Positions 40,054 through 64,000 of a DNA stretch of 64,000 nucleotides are shown in pieces (the first letter of the stretch is position 1; each line of letters starts with the position of its first letter). Origin of the DNA: Lytechinus pictus (lineage: Eukaryota). The stretch is taken from contig NC_087246.1 in assembly GCF_037042905.1 (NCBI RefSeq), positions 7,876,001 to 7,940,000 on the forward strand. The letters are read 5' to 3'. A program made the position numbers and the translations under genes. The notes below the pieces were generated by a model. It was not told the origin of the DNA. It did not search any database and was given only the letters and a program-made list of their open reading frames with translations.

Positions 40054-40380
40054 TATACATTTTTGGGCAATTCCGGTCTGATATGCACTAACACAATGAT
40101 TTGTAATTTCATAACCATGTGTCCATGCATCATAAATTTGGTCTCAGAAGTTGCGCGAGTAAACAAGTCAGCGGGAGATGCAGTGGATATACAGTGTATT
40201 GTGAAAAATGCCAAGGCCCTCTTCCCCCCCATAAGTTACATGTAGGTTTATTGAAGGTTGTACACTACAATGATTATACAAGAAAATAATCACAGGGATA
40301 TGGGAACATGATTGAGTCTTGAACAAGTATATTTGAGTAAATACATGTATTTCACATTCTTTAGTCTTGCACTTAACTGA

Positions 40381-40668
40381 AGGCTTGGTGCCACTGCACT
40401 TACGGATGCAGAGAGGATGTAAAACGGAAAAAAATCTTGCCATCCGTTAGAAAACGTTCTGTTTCCATTGTACTCTTTCCATACGTATTGCATATGTGTT
40501 TCATACGCCTTATATCCATCAAGCATCCGTCCACTGTAATTTTATTGTTCGCCCATTCTGTCCATTGTCTGGAGCAGATGAAAATGGATTGAGCCACCCT
40601 GAAATTTGCTTGTCCGCTGTATCCATTATGAATACGTTTTGTATCCATTGGCCAGTGGGACCAGGCCT
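40381..40668. mobile_element. PIF/Harbinger-like MITE
   Basis: AGGCTTGGTGCCACTG / CAGTGGGACCAGGCCT, TAA on the right flank; internal ATCCG/CGGAT motifs. Confidence 0.6.
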
Positions 40669-42814
40669 TAAGCATGAACTAAAATTCTTAAACAATACTA
40701 AAACAATATGCATGATACAGTTATAATCTCAGCTGCTCCATCTACATGGAATCCAACATGTACATTGTATCAGAGCTGGAGAGACCTGTACATGAAATAT
40801 AACTACCCCATAATAATGCATTTGCTCTGTTAAGGTTAAGTCCACCCAAACAAGTTAATTATATTTCACATCCAATTTTTATTCTATTCTGTATGATTCA
40901 AATCAGCTTTTTGGTGTGTACTTGACCTTAAACCGACAAACTCATAGATTTATATAAAAAAATGCTGTAACATGTGAACATTATATTTATTTCATCAAAT
41001 ATTTAAATAGTTCTCATAGTTAATTAAATGTTGACCTTTTAAATGATATACAGGTTTATGAGTAATTACTGTATTACCAAAGAGCAATTTCCAGGTAACT
41101 TTGCCAGTTGGATCGTGAAGTGCGCCAAAGGCTAAAATAAAATCTTTTTGAAACAAAGAAATATATTCAACATAGCACACATTTTGATTCAGATGAGATA
41201 TACAACACCTATTTTGCTTATTAAATCTTCTTTAGAAGCTTGCTTTGACTTGGGCAAATATTTAACTTGTGAAAGATCGACAAATACCTGTCCCTTATCT
41301 CAAAGTCTCACAGTAAATTTTACATCCATGATTCTTACAATGTACAATGAGAGTTGACCGATACAAAATGCAGGTGCACTGTATCCTAAACATTATTATG
41401 AAACCTGGAATGCTTTAAAAAAATGAAAGTATTGCACCAAACCAGCTCCTCCCTCTCCCATAATAATTGCCACGGCAAAAGAAGGCCATTTCAGATTAAA
41501 TTAATACTACGTTTCTGGACACCGTAACATGTAAAAGTGCCAACGCCCTCCTCCCCCACCCAGCAAAAAAGAATGATAGTAAAAATGCAATAAAACCTGT
41601 CATATCAGACCAAAATGTTCAAATGGATTTTTAAAAATAAATTCCAAAAAAGTTGTGGCATTTGACAAAATTTCATTTCTCATGATGGCATTTTGATGGC
41701 ATATAAATACTGGAAATATGTAGTAAAATACAGACATTAAGTGACAAACATAGTAGACAAAATTTTAAAGTAAAAAAAAAAAAGGCTCATGACATACAGT
41801 AACTGTCGACATTTCCTATTGTTAGGACAGTTCCTGGGGGGAAAAAGGGGTTGACAATTACCAATCCAGTCTCCATGTTGATAACAATCCAGTAATAGAA
41901 GCATGCAGTTCCTAATATTTTACATTTTCAATCCACTTTCACTATTCACTATTGCTGAATTTGCCAAACTGACGGGTGATTTGTATGTCAAATAAAAGGC
42001 AGCAATGTCCAGTTTAAATGCTCGTATGTTCAGGTTTCATATTGAATATTAAACTTTCAAAGTTGTAATTCATTACTCAGTAAAATAGGGGATTATGTGG
42101 TTTACAATTTTAATATTTCAAAATGAAAACGATCCACATTGAATGGTGGGAGAAGTGGATCAAAATAATATATTCATATGAAGCATATGTGCGTACAGGC
42201 TCTATTTAAAACATCACTGAGAGGGCACTTATTCAAATATCGTTAATAAGGAATCAACCAAAGGAAAATGACATTCCGATTAATAAATTTTGAAATATTA
42301 GAATAAATGTATGATATAATCTTTATGCAGACTTGAATCCTGTATACTAGTATACATACAGCATAAGTATAATTGATGAACAGTCACGAAAGCAATCACA
42401 ATTGGTAAGTTTTTCTTCACAGTAAGCTCTTCAACTTTACAAATTCAAACAGTGTGAAGATAAGATAAGAAGTAACAGACACAACACAAAGAAGAATGTT
42501 ATGCATGCAAACTAACATTTTTAGAGTTATCATTCTAATGAAGTTGTAAATAAATATTCCTTGAGTCTTTTTTGGTTGTAATAGGAACATACAAATGCTC
42601 ATCCAAGATGAATCTTTACTTCAGAAGAAGTCTTTGTTTCACATATGGGGGATCAAGGAGACTATAAAAAGCGGTGCTGAAAACACTGTTCACACAACCC
42701 TTGTCCTGGTTTACTCATCTATCATCTCCAATAGTACACCTAACTCATAATGAGTGAGTACATGCAAAAAGAGCATCAAGTGGTGTTCCCACTGCTCCAT
42801 TTTTGTTGAGATGT

Positions 42815-58757
<15,943 letters not shown>

Positions 58758-60001
58758 CACTGGTACTGATGATATTGCAAATCACGAATCAATGTACAAC
58801 AAAATGTCCTTCCCGAATACATCCACACTATAAACGTTAGAAGTTAGAACAAAGAGATATATACTAATACATCTCTATTCGAACAACATCGATCAAGTTC
58901 AACCGCACTTTCAGTTTCACAGTGAACAGGAAACAGGCAACATTGAGCAAGAATGTGAATCCGGCAACGTTGTTCTCTAAAATCTCAAAATCTATACAGA
59001 ATTCAATGGCTGCAACAAATAATCCTTAGCTTCATTAGTAGATCCCTCCTCCAATATACCAAGTCGACCTCGAGATTGTTTTGAAGAGCGCGGCGACCTT
59101 TGCGGCACATGCGATGCGATGAACTCTACCGCTATACGGCCTGTGTAGCTCGCGCTAGCGCTAGCGGCCGACAGCGACTTGAGCTTGTAAGCTGCTGATG
59201 AAATCTCTACGTAAGGGGGCGTGGTACAAAAAGAAAAGCAAGTCGGCAGTCAGTCCGTAGAACCCATTTCGATATCTTGCAAGATTTATGACCAATTAGC
59301 CGCCAAGGGCTATAATTAATAACCGTGATGAGCCAAATGAGAATCAACATCCAAGATGTGTATGCTTTTGAAGCCTTGCTAAATTTTAAAGGGAAATAAT
59401 GGTTTATAATCATATTTGGCTAACTAATGCTAATAGGGGGTGTACTGAATCAGATTCAGTGGATCGGAACATGGAATTATTAACCGAGAAATAAGACCTT
59501 TACAGAAAATATGAGTTTTTATGGCCTCGAACTACCTTGATATTACTTGAATTTATTTCTGTTAAAAAAGTACAATACTAATTTAATTTAAATAAGTTTA
59601 ATTAAAATGATGAAAAACGGGAGGGTGGCCCTATTCAAAAGCTGCTAATCTACCGAGCGCCCTGTGACCTGTCCAGGAAAAATCGTTGAGTATCGACGCG
59701 TGCCTCATTCATTTTAAATTCTGATGCCCATTATCGTCAAGCTCGTTCATAAATCAGTAATTGTTGTTGCTTGTTTCCTTTTTGCCTATATTTTGCCCCC
59801 ACTTCTCTTTCTTCCCCCCAAAAGAAGTTTTGGTAGCCAAGCGCGTACATATAGCCCCCTACCCCCCCCCCCGAAAAAAAGTGAATAAATAAATAAAAAT
59901 TAATGAACGAGAAAAGCGAAGGGATATGAAGATAGCCGTTTCCTTTCCATAACATAATAATTTATAAGTATTTTGCCCCCCTCCCTATTGGCGGCGGTTA
60001 A

Positions 60002-60231
60002 CAAGGGCGTATGCTGGTTTAAGCATGAGGAGGTACACATCCTTGGGGATGGAACTGTAAGAGGTATGGGAGGTGCACATCTTAGGGAGGTGGAACTAAA
60101 TTTTTTTTTAAATCAGCTGTTAAAGCAAAGGAACTCCTCTGCCTCAGCATGCAGGAGCATGGAGCTATAAAACACTACATGACAGGAGGGTGCACGTGCA
60201 CCGATGCAGTGCACTACAGCCTACGCCCTTG
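60002..60231. mobile_element. Small hAT/P-like MITE, ~7-bp TSD
   Basis: CAAGGGCGTA / TACGCCCTTG; flanks CGGTTAA / CAGTTAA. Confidence 0.65.
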
Positions 60232-60832
60232 CAGTTAAGTTGTTTGATAAAAATCCTGTTCATGATCACAAAAAGGGCGTCCCGTTCTTGGGTCTAAATC
60301 TGACCAAAAAAATCAACTCGCGCCTCGCGCTTGGGTTTATTGAGATAAATAAGTTGTTCTTTTTGCTGCAAACATTCCATAACAGGCCGATTTTCAAGAG
60401 TAAAAACAAGAAAATATCCATAATTACGTTCTAGCTTCGCGATCGAATTTTTTATTTAGGCCTAAGATTTTCTAAACTTTTCTTCTTTGTAAGAACAGGG
60501 CGAATGTACTTCAAAATTCAGGCTTTATACCTCTCAGAAAACGGAAAAAACATTTGCTTTTCGCGGCCGATCGGGGAGAATGTGGATGAAAATATTTTTT
60601 TCGTCTCTATATTAGCACAAGCTGGCTCCGCCCCTGTTTTTCCTGCTTACCAACTAATGTATCATAAACAATTATTCTTACCAGCAATAATGGAGGTGCG
60701 TAAAATGATGCGTGTTCAATTGTTCACGTGTTTTTGTTTGAGTGTTTTTTCCTGTTTGGCGCACTCCTGGTTATTTTTTCTTCTAATCATAGAAATTTCA
60801 ATTGACTTCGAACCATGCACATACGAGAGATA

Positions 60833-61029
60833 TTACGAATAGAAATAAATCTGATCATCTGGACTTACTGTTTTAAAACAGTTTCACGTCGATCCGATCC
60901 GGGACGCTTCTTCAGCTTTCAGACTGTTCTCTCCGTTTCAAAACAGTATATAAGTCCATCAGATGATCAGATATATTTTTAATCGTAATTTGTCTTTTTT
61001 CCTGGATGAATCAAAACATACATGTGTTT
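60833..61029. mobile_element. ORF-less Penelope-type inverted pLTR insertion with hammerhead-like motif
   Basis: Inverted arms (CTGATCATCTGGACTTACTGTTTT / AAAACAGTATATAAGTCCATCAGATGATCAG), a one-sided tail, ATACGAGAGATA duplicated at 60821-60832 and 61030-61041; minus-strand CTGAAGA...GAAA core. Confidence 0.7.
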
Positions 61030-61206
61030 ATACGAGAGATAACTGTATTTGGTTAAAATAATTTTGATGAGATAATTTTTGTTGAAATATCCATGAAACA
61101 TGCTGCGCGCTTTAAGAACGGGAATCAATATCCCTGCATATACCTGACTTCCCCTGTTTTACAGTTGAAAGAATGTTCAATAGACTAGAGTCATATTTTG
61201 TTTATA

Positions 61207-62400
61207 AACAAGTGGAAAGCCTCTGGCAGTCTCGCCTGCATTACGCAATTCGATATAGCAGCAGTGCTGACTTTGAAAACAGCTATTCACAAAAGAAAAC
61301 ACTCATATGATAATAAAATACTATGTCCATTGACCCAACATGACCTTTGACCATAATCATGTGACCTAACCTAAGACATGCATGAGCAAAACAATCATTC
61401 ATACTTGATTACCCTATGTCTATGTTTCATGAACTACATGTGTAGATCCATAAACTTTCTAAGTTATGATGCCAATTCAACAAATACCCCCAACACGGCT
61501 AAAGTTCATTGACCCTAAATGACCTTTTATTTTGGTCATGTGACCAGAAACAAGCACAATATATTCAGGGATACATGGTTACTCTTATGTCCCAAGTTTA
61601 ATGAACTAGATCTATAAACTTTAAAGTTATGGTGACAATTCCACGAATACCCCCAACATTATCAAAGTTTGTTGACCTAAATGACCTTTGACCTAGGTCA
61701 TGTGACCTGAAACTCGCCCAGGATTTTCAGGGAAACTTAATTGCTCTCATGTCTAAGTTTCATGAACTAGATCCATAAAATGTCAAAGTTATGATGACAA
61801 TTCCACAAATACCCCCAACATGGTCAAAGTTCGTTGACCCTAAGTAACCTTTGACCTTGGTAATGTGACCTGAAACTCAGGCAGGATCAGTAAAACACTA
61901 TCACCCTTATGTCCAAGTTTCATGAACTAGTTCCATATACTTTAGAAGTTATGATGATATTTCAAAAACTTAACCTTGGTTAAGATTTCGATATTGATTC
62001 CCCAACATGGTCTAAGTTCATTGACCCTAAATGACCTTTGACCTTTGTCATGTGACCTGAAAATCAGGCATGATGTTCGGTAATACTTGATTACCCTTAT
62101 GTCAAGGTTTCATGAATCAGATCCATTAACATTCGAAGTTATGATGGTAATTCAACAGATACCCCCATTATGGCCAAAGTTCATTGACCTTTGACCTTGG
62201 TCATGTGACCTGAAATGCGCACAGGATGTTCAGTGATACTTGATTACTCTTATGTCCAAGTCTTATGAACTAGACCAATAAACTTTCTAAGTTATGATGA
62301 CATCTCAAAAACTTAACCTTGGTTAATATTTCAATGTTGACGACGCCGCCGCCGTCGGAAAAGCGGCGCCTATAGTCTCGCTCTGCTATGCAGGCGAGAA
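61207..62400 (-). mobile_element. Helentron-associated non-autonomous element (HINE/Tsp-like), second copy
   Basis: Reverse complement of the 37374-38162 ends (ACAAGTGGAAAGCCTCTGGCAGTCTCGCCTGCAT ... GGCGCCTATAGTCTCGCTCTGCTATGCAGGCGAGA) with more internal repeat units. Confidence 0.78.
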
Positions 62401-62917
62401 ATACACAATATCGAAAATAATTTGAATATCATCCGTTTAAGATCGTAGATTGGTTCTCTTTTTTCGCCTTTTGTACTTTTTTTGTGTAATAATTCATCGT
62501 TTTTTCTATTTACGATATGTATTGTTCTTTTTTTTTATTCATTTATAAATTATGTTCATTTTATACAGACTTGCCGAAAAACAACCTTGTTTATCATGGG
62601 TAAGCAATTTTTTTTCTCCTTATCTCATGCTTCGCCACTGGATCCGCATGGCTACGTCAATGATCGCCGCTGTCCGAAACTGTGTTTAAGTTTCTGTGAG
62701 ACTGCGCCACTAACATTAATGTTCCGCCGATATTACTTTGCTCTATATTGCCAAATGCTCTGCCGACAACTACCTCCGATAATACGATAATTCCTCCGCC
62801 AGCAATTACGCCGAGAAAAAAAGGGGAAAGAATGAATACGAAAGAATATACTCAAAAATAGATATTTTGGTCGAATGACCACGTTTAATTCATTTGGCAA
62901 AATGATTTTACCTTTAA

Positions 62918-63465
62918 AGGGATAGTCCGGGCTGAAATAAATAGAGTAGAATTCACTGAGCAAAATGCCGAAAATTTCATGAAAATCGGATAATAAATAA
63001 CAAAGTTATTGAATTTTAAAGTTCAGCAATATTTGGTGAAAACAGTCGTCATGAATATTCATTAGATGGGCTGATGATGTCACATCCCCACTTGTTCTTT
63101 TGTATTTTATTATATGAAATTAGGTTTATTAAAAAAAAATTCCTCCAAGAACTAAAAAAATAGATTGACAACTGTTTTAGTGCATTAGATATTTATTGCT
63201 GCAACTTATTTCACTATAAGGGAGACATATTATTCACACAAGTATATGAAATAATGAAAAAATTATGATTTTATGTAATAACAAAAGAAAACGGAAAGTG
63301 GGGATGTGACATCATCAGCGCACCTAATGAATATTCATGACGACTGTTTTCACAAAATATTGCTAAACTTTAAACTTCATTAACTTTATTATTTGTTATT
63401 CAATTTTGATGAAATTGTCGGCATTTTGCTCAGTGAATTCTACTCTTTGTATTAAGATATAAATA
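62918..63465. mobile_element. Kolobok-type MITE (family A), right terminus replaced by the tandem array
   Basis: TTAA-AGGGATAGTCCGGGCTG start; colinear with the family until ~20 nt before the expected end. Confidence 0.78.
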
Positions 63466-64000
63466 TAGGGTCCATGTGCTCGTTTTTAAACTATCAGAGT
63501 CCAAAGTGTTGCAAGTTGGCTTGAAAATATTGAAATCCACCTAAATGCTCCGAAAACGTGCACAAGTCTAATAATACCGTCTAAAATGCGAATGGTCCGT
63601 AGTGTTGCTCCCTAATTCAAAATCCATGTCAATTTCATCATACTCTCTAGATTTGTAGAGGAATATATTCTAAAGGCATTAAAATATTAAAAATATGGGG
63701 TCCATGTGCTCGTTTTTAAACTATCAGAGTCCAAAGTGTTGCGAGTTGGCTTGAAAATATTAAAATCCACCTAAAGTGCGCCGAAAACAAGCAAAAAGTA
63801 TGATAATACCGTCTAAAATGCAAATGGTTTCATTTTTCGTTACCAAACGTTCAAAATCCATGTCATTTTCATCATACTCTCTAGATTTGCAGAAAAATAT
63901 ATTCTGATGACGTTAAAATATTAAATATATGGGGTCAATGTGCTCGTTTTTTAACTATCAGTGTCCAAAATGTTGCAAGTTGGCTTGAAACAGCCCCAAA
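63466..64000. repeat. Tandem array, ~230-bp unit, running off the window end
   Basis: GGGTCCATGTGCTCGTTTTTAAACTATCAGAGTCCAAA recurs at ~63468, ~63698 and ~63932. Confidence 0.85.

Noticed and set aside
59040..59340. CpG-rich stretch upstream of ASL as a possible divergent gene start
   Set aside because: Compatible with the ASL promoter or 5' UTR, but no coding exon or downstream partner exons can be supported.

Overview
Eukaryotic, AT-rich, intron-rich animal genomic DNA. The repeat families suggest a sea-urchin-like marine deuterostome; this is an inference, not shown directly. Four spliced housekeeping genes were rebuilt by hand from GT-AG exons with consistent phases: LDHD (+, 5' end outside the window, 10 exons visible), PIGL (+, 7 exons, 281 aa), SNRPD3/Sm D3 (+, 2 coding exons, 133 aa) and ASL (-, 14 coding exons, 464 aa). 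Introns and spacers are packed with transposon relics, often nested 2-3 deep: TTAA-flanked piggyBac- and Kolobok-type MITEs, TA-flanked Tc1/mariner/pogo elements, hAT/P-like elements with 6-8 bp TSDs, a foldback element with a 9-bp TSD, Helentron-type (HINE/Tsp-like) elements, tRNA-derived SINEs, a CR1-group LINE 3' end and a ~230-bp tandem array. The most notable non-coding signals are two Penelope-type insertions with inverted pLTRs and TSDs that carry hammerhead-ribozyme-like motifs: one with a GIY-YIG remnant and a U3:A8 variant core (51386-52469), and one ~200-bp ORF-less unit with a canonical CUGAAGA core (60833-61029). Two short duplications of exon end plus 5' splice site also occur, in PIGL and ASL. 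I see no clear evidence of a wholly new multi-gene system, and no CRISPR or prokaryotic features.
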